Assembly (NCBI GenBank): GCA_947853245.1 | Contig: CANTWP010000107.1 | Location: 1-32,816 of the forward strand | Direction of reading: 5' to 3' | DNA from: an uncultured Bacilli bacterium | GTDB lineage: Bacteria > Bacillota_I > Bacilli_A > RF39 > UBA660 | DNA length: 32,816 nucleotides | Part shown: positions 1 through 8,641 of the stretch, in pieces | Layout of the letters: each line of letters starts with the position of its first letter | Position numbering within the stretch: position 1 is the first letter of the stretch | The notes under the pieces: generated by a model | Database searches by the model: none | What the model saw: only the letters and a program-made list of their open reading frames with translations | Told to the model about the DNA's origin: nothing | Position numbers and translations under genes: made by a program

Positions 1-1677
1 ATCCTTAGTCCAAATAATAAAAGGAACTTTACGATTCAATTCATATTCATAATAATCAACTTCATGATAATCTGGATCATCTTTATCTAACATTTTTCCT
101 GTTATTGGATCATAATTATAAAAATACTCATATTCACTCTTCTTTATTTTAGCATCATGATCTCCATAAATAACAATAACTGTATTATCAAGTAATCCTT
201 CTTCATCCATTTGTTGAATAAACTCACCTATTGCTTCATCAGCGTAGTGTACAGATTTAAAATAATTACCTAGAGTCTTACCCTCTAAATAAGGATACGT
301 TTTAGTTATTGGTCTATTAGTAATAGGACTTGTAGTCTTAACTTCATAATCAACACTATAATCACTATAAGGATCAATATAAGAAAATGGTGTATGATTA
401 GTAAGCATTATTAAAACACCATAATAATTATCATAAGTTTCATTAATTTCTTTAATTTTAGGTACTGATTGTTTAAAAAATGATTTATCAGATAAACCTA
501 AACCAATGGTTTCATCTATTTCATAATCTTTTGTATAATAGAAAAAATTATCATATCCTAATTGTTCATGCATTATATTACGATTCCAAAATGTTCCATT
601 ATTACCATGCATACTAAAAGTATAATAATTTTGTTCTTTTAAAAGTTTGGGTAAAGTTACATATTCTCGATTCCAATAATTAATAAATACTGTACCACTT
701 ACAGCAGGCATTAAAGATGTATTAAAAGTAAACTCTGTATCACTACTAGTTCCAACACTTTCTTGAGAATAAAAATTTGAAAAAGAAATACCTTCTTGAG
801 CTAATTTATTCAAATTAGGCGTTAACTCTTTACCATTAAAACTTAAATCCATAGTAAATTGTTGAATACTTTCCGCATGAATTACTAAAACATTTTTGCC
901 TTTAAATAAATCGGTATATGCGTTAGAGTTATTATTGGTATTACTACTACCATAATACTCTCTAAATACTTTTAAACTACTATCATAACCAAAAAAGTTG
1001 GTTACTTTAAAAATAGAATTATAAATTAAATCACTAACTTGATATGTATATATACCAAACTTCATAACAATATATTCACGGTTCCATTGTTTTGTTATTC
1101 TACCAATATCAGTAGGTGTTAAAGTTAACATAAAAAGAATTACTACTACCAATCCACCTATAAAAGTTTGTTTAACTCTCTTACTGCCAAAATTTTTAGA
1201 AGCAATACCATTATAATAAGATTGTTTATTTAAATTTAAATGAACAAAGATAATTGCAAATATTTGCCATATATAATAAAAATCATTTAATTCCATAACA
1301 TTCTGTGTAACAGCATCACCTACTCCAAATAATTGAAGTGATGTCGCTAGAAGCGAAACAGAAACATAAGATAAATAGTTATTATAATATACTGAATTTA
1401 TTATACATATTATTGTAAAAGCAATAGAAATAATTAAATAGTATTTAAACTGATTTTTTGGTTTAAAAAAATAACCAAATGAACCAATTAATATACAAAG
1501 AGCTAAATCAGCTAATATAGGCTTAATTTCAAAATAATTACCAACTGTAGAAAAGCGTAACATACAAGCATTAATCACAGACATTATTACAAACGATAAA
1601 AATAATATATTTTTCTTTATATACATTGAATAATTATAATGCCATATTTTATTAAAAAAAGTTTTAACCTTTTTCAA
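1..1677 (-). CDS. ltaS: LTA synthase (LtaS) family sulfatase-fold membrane protein, partial: the C-terminus runs off the left window edge
   Basis: Not in the ORF track because it has no in-window stop. My manual minus-strand translation is open for 559 codons from TTG at 1677, with GAGGTG about 6 nt upstream. The N-terminus has hydrophobic helices (MSVINACMLRFSTVGNYFEIKPILADLALCILIGSFGYFF...). The extracellular domain carries LtaS-type motifs: NVLVIHAESIQQF, FYSQESVGTSSDTEFTFNTSLMP, MHGNNGTFWNRN, LGLSDKSFF, VIVIYGDHD. Confidence 0.85.
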   Translation of the reverse strand, partial: MKKVKTFFNKIWHYNYSMYIKKNILFLSFVIMSVINACMLRFSTVGNYFEIKPILADLALCILIGSFGYFFKPKNQFKYYLIISIAFTIICIINSVYYNNYLSYVSVSLLATSLQLFGVGDAVTQNVMELNDFYYIWQIFAIIFVHLNLNKQSYYNGIASKNFGSKRVKQTFIGGLVVVILFMLTLTPTDIGRITKQWNREYIVMKFGIYTYQVSDLIYNSIFKVTNFFGYDSSLKVFREYYGSSNTNNNSNAYTDLFKGKNVLVIHAESIQQFTMDLSFNGKELTPNLNKLAQEGISFSNFYSQESVGTSSDTEFTFNTSLMPAVSGTVFINYWNREYVTLPKLLKEQNYYTFSMHGNNGTFWNRNIMHEQLGYDNFFYYTKDYEIDETIGLGLSDKSFFKQSVPKIKEINETYDNYYGVLIMLTNHTPFSYIDPYSDYSVDYEVKTTSPITNRPITKTYPYLEGKTLGNYFKSVHYADEAIGEFIQQMDEEGLLDNTVIVIYGDHDAKIKKSEYEYFYNYDPITGKMLDKDDPDYHEVDYYEYELNRKVPFIIWTKD

Positions 1678-1701
1678 ATTAACACCTCATTTGCTTTAAG
1701 T

Positions 1702-1730
1702 AGTATATCATTTTTTCTTATTTTTTTCAA
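1702..1730 (-). promoter_or_regulatory. Sigma-A-type promoter upstream of ltaS
   Basis: On the minus strand, TTGAAA (1725-1730), a 17-nt spacer, then TATACT (1702-1707) preceded by TG. It lies about 25 nt upstream of the TTG start. Confidence 0.5.
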
Positions 1731-1731
1731 A

Positions 1732-1758
1732 TTTTAAAAAGATGCGAATAATCGCATC
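1732..1758 (-). terminator. Rho-independent terminator downstream of the YihY-family gene
   Basis: Stem GATGCGA (1741-1747), loop ATAA, stem TCGCATC (1752-1758). On the minus strand it is followed by TTTTTAAAA. Confidence 0.6.
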
Positions 1759-1884
1759 TCAAAAAGGAGCTCATTACCATCAAAGTTCATACTTCTTAGT
1801 TCCAATCTAAACTAATATCGGTACAAATGAGCCTATGTTCACATATATAGGTAATAATATATATGCTCTATTAATATGTCTAAA

Positions 1885-2727
1885 TTAATCCTCTTTATTC
1901 GTATTTTCCTCTAAACTCATTTCAATCTTATAATTACTAGCATTAACAGCCATACCAAATATTAAAATATAAGATAAAATATAAATCCAAATCATCATTA
2001 CAATAATATTAGTTAAACTACCATAAAATAAATCATAATGAGTAAAATTAGTTACATAAAATGAATAAATCATAGTTGCTAAGCTCCAAAGAACAGTCGT
2101 AAATGCTGCTCCTTTATTAGTATACATACTAGGTATTTTAGAGTCTGGTGCTATAGTATAAACTAATTTTATTAAGAAAAATATAAATAATAACGAACAC
2201 GGCCATTTTAATAATATAAATAATTCATATAAAGCTGGACTAACTGCAGATAATATTTTTAATTCTAAAATCCAATTAACAATATTATTACCAAATGCTA
2301 TTACAACAAGATTGAAAATTATTAATAAAATCAGAATTACAATTAAAATAAGAGCCTTTAATCTTCTTATAAAATAATTAGAATGTTTTATACCATACAT
2401 TGTATTAGATGCTACTATAATAGAATGTGTACCATTAGATGCTAAAAAGAATACTACTATCATAGATATTCCAATTGTTGCACTTAACCCTTCGCCATTG
2501 ATTATAGGTAACAATATATCACTTACAGCACTAGGAAGTACTCCTTGCATAGTATCGATCAATGCATTTAAAGGTACTCTAAATAAAGTAGCAACATATG
2601 CAATAAGTGTAATAATGGGAATAATCGAAAGTACCATAAAAAAAGCTAAATGCGCTGGTAAAATCTTCATTTCTGGTTCGTTTATCAAATTAAATAAATG
2701 CTTAATTTCTTGTTTCAACCTATTCAC
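1885..2727 (-). CDS. YihY/BrkB-family integral membrane protein
   Basis: 280 aa with a GTG start and AAAGGAGA upstream. The N-terminal LPAHLAFFMVLSIIPIITLIAYV signature and about 6 hydrophobic helices are typical of the YihY/virulence factor BrkB family. Confidence 0.8.
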   Translation of the reverse strand: MNRLKQEIKHLFNLINEPEMKILPAHLAFFMVLSIIPIITLIAYVATLFRVPLNALIDTMQGVLPSAVSDILLPIINGEGLSATIGISMIVVFFLASNGTHSIIVASNTMYGIKHSNYFIRRLKALILIVILILLIIFNLVVIAFGNNIVNWILELKILSAVSPALYELFILLKWPCSLLFIFFLIKLVYTIAPDSKIPSMYTNKGAAFTTVLWSLATMIYSFYVTNFTHYDLFYGSLTNIIVMMIWIYILSYILIFGMAVNASNYKIEMSLEENTNKED

Positions 2728-2760
2728 TTTTATTCTCCTTTTAGAAATTAAAGAAGAGCC

Positions 2761-4824
2761 TTAATAATCTAGCTCCTCTTTATGTTCTCTCATATCAGTC
2801 GTCGCTTCATTAATAGCATCATCTACTGTTTTAATAGCATCAGTTATCATACTATATCCTAAAGCTGCTCCAAAGCCATGTGTAAGTAATTTAAACTCTT
2901 TAGTTAATTTTTTAGTATAAGATACAACTTGTTTTTCCTCGTATCCTACCATATAAATTAAGAATTCATTACCATTAGTTCTAATAATTTCTGTATTAGG
3001 AAGCTGAGTGTTAATTAATATATTTGCTGCCTCCCCAATAATTTTATCACCCTCAGAATGACCATAATTATCATTAATATAAGCAATATTATTTAAATCA
3101 ACTATAATTACTGTTTGAGGATATACACCTGTAGTATCCCATTTTTCAATATTATCATTTAAATAATTTCTATTTTTAAGAGAAGTCAACATATCTATAT
3201 ATTTTATTTTATCTTCTTTAGATAAATTAGTTTTAACTTTTTGTTTATTTCTTGGTCTAGTAGACTTAACACCAAAGAAAACACAAACTCCTGCAAATAA
3301 AACACCTATAATGGATAAAATAATAGTTCTAGTAGAAATTTTAATATCTCTAATTTCTAAGACCTCTAAATATCCTGATTCATAATCATGATTATTTGAG
3401 AAGAAAGATAAATAGAAATTTAATAATTTAGCAAACACTTGATTATCACTAATACTACGAATTGTAAATCTATAATCATTTGGTAACTTTGTTACATAGT
3501 TAATTCTAAAATCTTTTAAATTTTTTGAAGAATAATAATTATATGTTTCTAAATCAACTACTATAATAGAATTATCTTTAATTTCTGATAACATCTTCTT
3601 TACATCTTTATAACCTTTAGTTTTGACACCCTTATTAGAAAGATAAGAATCAATATAACTGGAGCTTACTGTATAAACTTCTTTATCTTTTAAAGATGTC
3701 AAAGAGTGAATATTATAATCACTAGCTGGTTTAGTTAAAACTACTATATTTTCATCATATACTGATAACGAATCGATCACATCCATTTGGAATACATTAT
3801 AAACTGTATTATTAAAGAACACATCTATATTATTAGCATTAAAGTCTTTAATTAAAGCATCAATACTAGCATATTTCTTGTAGTCTATTTCGATATTAGC
3901 AAAATCTGTAAATGAAGAAATAAGAGCATGATTTATTCCTAAAAATTTACCATCATATAATGTATCATAAGGTCTATTATCAACAAAACCATAAACATAT
4001 CTTTTACTTTTAAATTCTACTTTTTGTTTGTCATCAGCACCAGAAAATTCAAAATATCCATTAAAAAACTGTGTTTTATAAGAATTATCATAATATTCTT
4101 TATTCCATTTTTTATAATACTTACCTATAATATCATTTAATTTATCAATAGAACCTAACTGTAATACATAGTAATCTTTCATTTCTGAAATATTATAAGA
4201 AATAGTAAGAGCTTCATTTTTTAAAATATCATCTAAATAAGCAGTTTTAGGAACAATTACACCATCTAATTTTTTATCATCAATACCATTCAATAAATCA
4301 AAGATCATATCGTCATAATTTTCATATGACTTTAATAATAAATTAGAATTGGTATTTAAGTATTCATTAACTTGGCCAAGCTTTGAACTAAGTACACCTA
4401 CAGTTAAAGATCCTATTTCATCAATATTAGCGTATATACGATTATTCTTAGTAACTAAAACATAATTATCTTCATAAATTTTAATATCTTTATTACCAAC
4501 AGAATCTACCACTTTAAAAGCATAATCACTCTTAATACTTGAATTAGAACTATATGCTACTTTATTAAAGGATAATTTAGTATTTTTCTCTAAATCATTT
4601 AAAAAGTCAAAGAAAATTCCTTCACCATTATAAGAAACAATAGGAACTTCATTTACAATTGACAAATCTATAACTTTATTTTTATTGTTTTCAATCCATT
4701 GTCTTTCAATTAATGTCAAAGTGGTATTTCTATCTTGTTTAAAAAAGACAAAATAAACGACCAAACCTATTATTATTGCAAGAACAATTGATAAAATAGT
4801 AATTAATATTTTTTTATTCTTCAT
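2761..4824 (-). CDS. Membrane receptor: N-terminal TM helix, ~470-aa extracytoplasmic region, second TM helix, C-terminal GGDEF-fold domain with degenerate signature NGNEF
   Basis: 687 aa. The GGDEF-domain hallmarks are readable: DMLTSLKNRNYL, VDLNNIAYINDNYGHSEGDKIIGEAA, then IIRTNGNEFLIYM where RxGGDEF is expected (codons at 2962-2976), then AALGYS and ATTDMREHKE. The extracytoplasmic part vaguely resembles tandem solute-binding (PBPb-like) modules, but that is a low-certainty impression. Confidence 0.75.
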   Translation of the reverse strand: MKNKKILITILSIVLAIIIGLVVYFVFFKQDRNTTLTLIERQWIENNKNKVIDLSIVNEVPIVSYNGEGIFFDFLNDLEKNTKLSFNKVAYSSNSSIKSDYAFKVVDSVGNKDIKIYEDNYVLVTKNNRIYANIDEIGSLTVGVLSSKLGQVNEYLNTNSNLLLKSYENYDDMIFDLLNGIDDKKLDGVIVPKTAYLDDILKNEALTISYNISEMKDYYVLQLGSIDKLNDIIGKYYKKWNKEYYDNSYKTQFFNGYFEFSGADDKQKVEFKSKRYVYGFVDNRPYDTLYDGKFLGINHALISSFTDFANIEIDYKKYASIDALIKDFNANNIDVFFNNTVYNVFQMDVIDSLSVYDENIVVLTKPASDYNIHSLTSLKDKEVYTVSSSYIDSYLSNKGVKTKGYKDVKKMLSEIKDNSIIVVDLETYNYYSSKNLKDFRINYVTKLPNDYRFTIRSISDNQVFAKLLNFYLSFFSNNHDYESGYLEVLEIRDIKISTRTIILSIIGVLFAGVCVFFGVKSTRPRNKQKVKTNLSKEDKIKYIDMLTSLKNRNYLNDNIEKWDTTGVYPQTVIIVDLNNIAYINDNYGHSEGDKIIGEAANILINTQLPNTEIIRTNGNEFLIYMVGYEEKQVVSYTKKLTKEFKLLTHGFGAALGYSMITDAIKTVDDAINEATTDMREHKEELDY

Positions 4825-5278
4825 CTGTTACTTCACCTTTATTTATTGTCCAACTAATAGCTGTTTTATTCTTACTTTTATATCCTATCATTGGATACTG
4901 TTCACTTTCTTCTATACTAGTTACATATATAGTTACATCATAATATCCAAGTTCAGTTTCGCTAAAACTATCAATGATATTATCTCCAATTCTCTGTGCA
5001 CTAGTAACACCTGTATCTTTAGAAACTTCAATAAAGAACTTCATAATTCTTCCTTGTAAAATATAAGAAAAATTTTTGCATTCTGTATTCTCTAAAGTAT
5101 TATTTTTGATTTCTTCAATCTTTTCATTACTTATTGCATAATTTTCTATACCATCTAAACGATTACCATATACACCATTACCACTTGGATTAAAAATTAT
5201 TTTAAGAGCTACTGCAACTACAGCAATAAATAAAACAGCGACTAAGCTTCCTACAATCCACATAGATTTCTTTTTCAT
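4814..5278 (-). CDS. Small membrane-anchored protein of unknown function, 11-nt overlap with the GGDEF-domain gene
   Basis: I trimmed the track ORF to the internal start MKKKSMWIVGSLVAVLFIAVVAVAL at ATG 5278, which has GGAGTG 5 nt upstream. It has one N-terminal TM helix and a ~120-aa soluble domain that I do not recognise. Confidence 0.5.
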   Translation of the reverse strand: MKKKSMWIVGSLVAVLFIAVVAVALKIIFNPSGNGVYGNRLDGIENYAISNEKIEEIKNNTLENTECKNFSYILQGRIMKFFIEVSKDTGVTSAQRIGDNIIDSFSETELGYYDVTIYVTSIEESEQYPMIGYKSKNKTAISWTINKGEVTDEE

Positions 5279-5340
5279 AAATTCACTCCATCCATAAATA
5301 ATTATACTATATATTATATTTTTTTTCAAACTAGATTAAA

Positions 5341-5374
5341 AAATAATGAAAAAAATGACACAAGCTTGTGCCAT
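5341..5374 (-). terminator. Rho-independent terminator after the YtxH-like gene
   Basis: ATGACACAAG / CTTGTGCCAT stem (5355-5374, one non-Watson-Crick position). On the minus strand it is followed by TTTTTTCATTATTT. Confidence 0.6.
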
Positions 5375-5778
5375 TATTTTGATTCTTCTAATTTTTTTAG
5401 GACATCCTTAGTAACATCAATGGCTTTGTCACGTGCTGATGAAGCCAAAGACTCTAAAACGGGAGTTCCCTTTTCTTTAGCATATTCAACTAATTCATTA
5501 GCTTTTGCTCCTATTTCTGATGCTTTCTTTTTAGCAATCTTTAAAACTTTTTCTTTATCTAAATCAGCTAATTCTAATTTAATTTCTTCTACCTTGTTTT
5601 CGATATACTCTTTAACTTCATCAATGTCAATATCTTTAGCCCTACGAATTAATTCATCGTATTTTTCTTTTAATTCTTTTCGAAGTTCTTTACCAGACTT
5701 TGGTGCAAATAGCATACCAATTCCTGCCCCTATTAAAGCCCCTGTTAAAAACTTTCCAAAACCATTTTTCTTTTCCAT
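5374..5778 (-). CDS. YtxH-domain protein (general-stress-type, membrane-associated)
   Basis: I trimmed this to ATG 5778 (GGAGGA 8 nt upstream): MEKKNGFGKFLTGALIGAGIGMLFAPKSGKELRKELKEKYDEL. This matches the YtxH signature followed by a charged helical tail. Confidence 0.75.
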   Translation of the reverse strand: MEKKNGFGKFLTGALIGAGIGMLFAPKSGKELRKELKEKYDELIRRAKDIDIDEVKEYIENKVEEIKLELADLDKEKVLKIAKKKASEIGAKANELVEYAKEKGTPVLESLASSARDKAIDVTKDVLKKLEESK

Positions 5779-5779
5779 A

Positions 5780-6064
5780 TTATTCTTCCTCCTTTTTTTT
5801 ACTTTTCTTCTTAAAAATTTTATTAATACTACTAGATACAACTCCAACCATCTTATCGGTTACCATATTGATAACATCTGCGCTACGATCTACTATACTA
5901 AATACTCCATTCAATTTACTCATTTTAGCATTGACATCTTCAATAGTCAAATCAATTTTCTTTAAAGTATCAAAAGCCTTAATCATAAAAATTATTAATA
6001 CTACTATTAGTATAATCAATAAAATATATATTATTACAGGTAATGTTTGTGCAAGTGCTTCCAT
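5780..6064 (-). CDS. DUF948 (YtxG-like) membrane protein
   Basis: 94 aa with an N-terminal TM helix and then a helical region (DTLKKIDLTIEDVNAKMSKLNGV...). It is adjacent to the YtxH-like gene, as in the Bacillus ytxG-ytxH arrangement. TAATG stop/start overlap with the upstream gene at 6062-6066. Confidence 0.7.
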   Translation of the reverse strand: MEALAQTLPVIIYILLIILIVVLIIFMIKAFDTLKKIDLTIEDVNAKMSKLNGVFSIVDRSADVINMVTDKMVGVVSSSINKIFKKKSKKKEEE

Positions 6065-6831
6065 TATTCATCCTCCTTATCATACATGGAATCTATCAAG
6101 TGAAATAAATCACTTTCCGTCAAAGTATCATCTAATGGATCTCTAAAATCCTGATTAGTGTCTTTATCATCTTCTTCTGTTAATAAGAAATCATCTAATG
6201 CAATTGGTTCTAAAGTTTGAGAATTATCTTCATCTAATAATGTCTTAGTTTTTCTACTACTTTCAGTAACATGATAATCCGGATCCATCAAATCTTCTAG
6301 CATTACATCATTATGATATTTTCTTTGCATTCTAGAACCGATAACTTCATCATTTGACCCTCTATCATCAGAAACTAAAGAAGTCTCTAATTCATCTTCG
6401 AGTGTACCATAAGCTTTTTTTCTAACTTCATCTATAGTAATGCTTTCTTTATCATAATAAGTAACCTTAGGAGTAGATCTCTTAGGGGTAATATCTTCTT
6501 TATGGTAATTTTTATCAAGTACTCCATATACTGGTGAAATAACTGGGCTTAATTTAAAGACTTTTTTCTCAGTAGTTTCTGTCTTCTTAGTATAGTACTT
6601 TTCTTCTACCACCGTTTTCTCTTCTTTAATCTTAGGCTTTTCTAAAGTAGCAAAATCTTGATCATCAAAGAAAATAGGCATAGGTTTCTCTGGTGCTTTT
6701 ACTGGAGCTGGCTCCTCTACAATATCATCTTTATCTACTTTTTCTTCTGGTTCCACCTTAATTTCTGATGATTTTACAGGTTCATCAACTTCTTCGGTAA
6801 ACATATTCTTTACTCTATCTAAAATTCCCAT
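6064..6831 (-). CDS. Acidic, low-complexity (E/D/K-rich) protein of unknown function
   Basis: 255 aa. It begins MGILDRVKNMFTEEVDE and ends with an acidic tail, LFHLIDSMYDKEDE. I recognise no catalytic motifs. Its coding status is supported by its length and by tight coupling to the flanking genes. Confidence 0.5.
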   Translation of the reverse strand: MGILDRVKNMFTEEVDEPVKSSEIKVEPEEKVDKDDIVEEPAPVKAPEKPMPIFFDDQDFATLEKPKIKEEKTVVEEKYYTKKTETTEKKVFKLSPVISPVYGVLDKNYHKEDITPKRSTPKVTYYDKESITIDEVRKKAYGTLEDELETSLVSDDRGSNDEVIGSRMQRKYHNDVMLEDLMDPDYHVTESSRKTKTLLDEDNSQTLEPIALDDFLLTEEDDKDTNQDFRDPLDDTLTESDLFHLIDSMYDKEDE

Positions 6832-6843
6832 TTTCTCACCTTT

Positions 6844-7470
6844 CTATTCATTAATTTCTTCGAATTCATCAATATATTCTAAGAAATTGTTACTTTCATC
6901 TTTTTTTTCAAAAACTGTATAAGATTCTTCCTTATTTGTAAAGTACTCTTCATCTAACATTAACTTTATAACATCATTATTAAATTTAACAGTAGAAAGC
7001 ATATATGATGAATTTAATATAACCTCATTTAAGTCAGTTTGAGTTACCAATGCCTGAATACGAGCATAATTATACACAAAATTAACTAAATATTTGTCAT
7101 CATTTGTCTTTTTTATTTTCAAATAACCATTTTTGTCATTAATAACAAATTCACGTGAATAATATAAACTTGGATCATAAGCATACACAGGTTCTGTTCC
7201 ATTATAATAGCTTACAGCATCAATATATAAATAATAGTAGTTGCCATTAGAATAAAGTTTCTCATTAAAATCTACTGTATCAATATAATTAACACCACGA
7301 GGAATATAATATTTATAACCTTTACCAACTTGATTATAAAGGGTATTATCTTTTGAAAGTACAACATCAACTATAGTATCAATACTACTTGTATCAATTC
7401 TAACGATAGTACATCCAGTTGCCATTAAAATTATAAATAATAGACCTAAGTATTTGATGTATTTCTTCAT
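6844..7470 (-). CDS. Putative lipoprotein, unknown function
   Basis: MKKYIKYLGLLFIILMATGC is a signal peptide with a lipobox (LMATG|C). The mature part is Tyr/Asn-rich. Confidence 0.65.
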   Translation of the reverse strand: MKKYIKYLGLLFIILMATGCTIVRIDTSSIDTIVDVVLSKDNTLYNQVGKGYKYYIPRGVNYIDTVDFNEKLYSNGNYYYLYIDAVSYYNGTEPVYAYDPSLYYSREFVINDKNGYLKIKKTNDDKYLVNFVYNYARIQALVTQTDLNEVILNSSYMLSTVKFNNDVIKLMLDEEYFTNKEESYTVFEKKDESNNFLEYIDEFEEINE

Positions 7471-7559
7471 GATTCACCTACTCAACTAAAATTATACCAA
7501 AAATAATTAAAAAATAATATATTTTTATTATAAAAACACTTCTTTTGTAAACTTTTTGT

Positions 7560-8186
7560 CTATTTAATTACTTTAATATAATAAATAACTTGTCCTTTAC
7601 TACTAAATTTTTCTTCATATTCTGTCATAATATTGTCACTAGCATCTTGATGTAAATCTAAAGAAAGCTCTTCAATTCTATAATTATAATTAGTTAAAGA
7701 TATAACTGAATACTCAAATAGTTTGCGATTATCAGTTTTAAATTCAATATCTTTTTTATCGATAAAAATATGATCATAACGCTTTAAAAATTCTTCACTA
7801 GTAAGTCTTCTTTTAGCGTGTCTATCTTTAGGCCAAGGATCTGAAAAATTTAAATAAATCCTTGAAATTTCATGTTCAAAAACTTCAGTAATATCTTTAG
7901 CATCCATTCTGATAAAGCGAAGATTTGGTATTTCTATATCGCCTATTTTTTCTAAAGCCCTTACTAAAACGCTATCATACTTTTCAATACCAATAAAATT
8001 AATATTAGGATTTTTTTTAGCTTGTTCAATAATAAAATTGCCTTTACCTGTACCAATTTCTAAATAAATGGGATTATCATTAGCAAATATTTTATAAAAA
8101 CTACCCGTCTTTTCTAAATAATCTAAAATTATATAGTCAGAACTATCTATTTTCTCTTTAGCATAAGGAACATTTCTTAATCTCAT
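7560..8186 (-). CDS. trmB: tRNA (guanine46-N7)-methyltransferase
   Basis: 208 aa with LEIGTGKGNFI (SAM-binding motif) and NFSDPWPKDRHAKRRL, both characteristic of TrmB. Confidence 0.9.
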   Translation of the reverse strand: MRLRNVPYAKEKIDSSDYIILDYLEKTGSFYKIFANDNPIYLEIGTGKGNFIIEQAKKNPNINFIGIEKYDSVLVRALEKIGDIEIPNLRFIRMDAKDITEVFEHEISRIYLNFSDPWPKDRHAKRRLTSEEFLKRYDHIFIDKKDIEFKTDNRKLFEYSVISLTNYNYRIEELSLDLHQDASDNIMTEYEEKFSSKGQVIYYIKVIK

Positions 8187-8262
8187 AATCCACCTCTAGT
8201 ACTAGTATTATATCACAAATTATAGTGCAATCGCATATAGTAATTTAGAAAAGGAGTGTTTT

Positions 8263-8613
8263 ATGAAAAAAGATAGAGATTGTAACTGCAATGCTGGTAT
8301 GGCCCCTTACCCTATATATCCTGCTTATATGCCAGGAATGTCTATGCCAATGATGCCTACTCCAGGCATGATGCCAAATGCTGGAATGATGCCCAATACC
8401 GGGATGATACCAAATAATAATATGATGATGCAACCAAATATGGGAACTACTAATCCAGGGACAAATTATCCACAAAGTAATGGAACTATTGAACAACAAA
8501 TTTATAATTTAAGTAATCAAATCAGTTCTCTTGAACGAAGAGTTTCTAATTTAGAAGGATTAATAGGTAATAGTGGAACTCAATATAATACATCTAATTA
8601 CCAAGTTATGTAA
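8263..8613 (+). CDS. Met/Pro/Asn-rich low-complexity protein with a C-terminal coiled-coil segment
   Basis: 116 aa with AAAAGGAG upstream and a bidirectional terminator directly downstream. The N-terminus contains CNCN. There is a run of M/P/G/N-rich repeats, followed by the heptad-like IEQQIYNLSNQISSLERRVSNLEGLI. Confidence 0.6.
   Translation: MKKDRDCNCNAGMAPYPIYPAYMPGMSMPMMPTPGMMPNAGMMPNTGMIPNNNMMMQPNMGTTNPGTNYPQSNGTIEQQIYNLSNQISSLERRVSNLEGLIGNSGTQYNTSNYQVM
8365..8418 (+). repeat. Three tandem in-frame 18-bp repeats encoding GM(M/I)PNx
   Basis: ggcatgatgccaaatgct / ggaatgatgcccaatacc / gggatgataccaaataat. The repeats are codon-aligned with the CDS (G35 onward). Confidence 0.8.
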
Positions 8614-8641
8614 AAAAATACTTCCTAGGAAGTATTTTTTA
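8612..8641. terminator. Bidirectional rho-independent terminator
   Basis: Self-complementary ATACTTCCTAGGAAGTAT (8618-8635) flanked by an A run and a T run. It sits between convergent genes. Confidence 0.7.

Noticed and set aside
1765-1834. A tRNA-like closing helix (7 bp or more) around a ~70-nt segment.
   Set aside because: It has no D-arm, no T-arm (no GTTCRA-type loop) and no sensible anticodon arm, and the length and geometry are wrong. I kept it only as a low-interest candidate for a structured RNA.
5366-6146. Two long plus-strand ORFs (199 aa and 148 aa) overlapping the YtxH and DUF948 genes.
   Set aside because: They are Ser/Phe/Leu-rich antisense shadows of Lys/Glu-rich minus-strand genes. 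The minus-strand products have recognisable family signatures and RBSs.
8245-8499. An 84-aa His/Trp-rich ORF on the minus strand.
   Set aside because: It is the antisense shadow of the Met/Pro-rich gene, because CAT is the complement of ATG. It has no RBS, and the plus-strand gene has both an RBS and a terminator.
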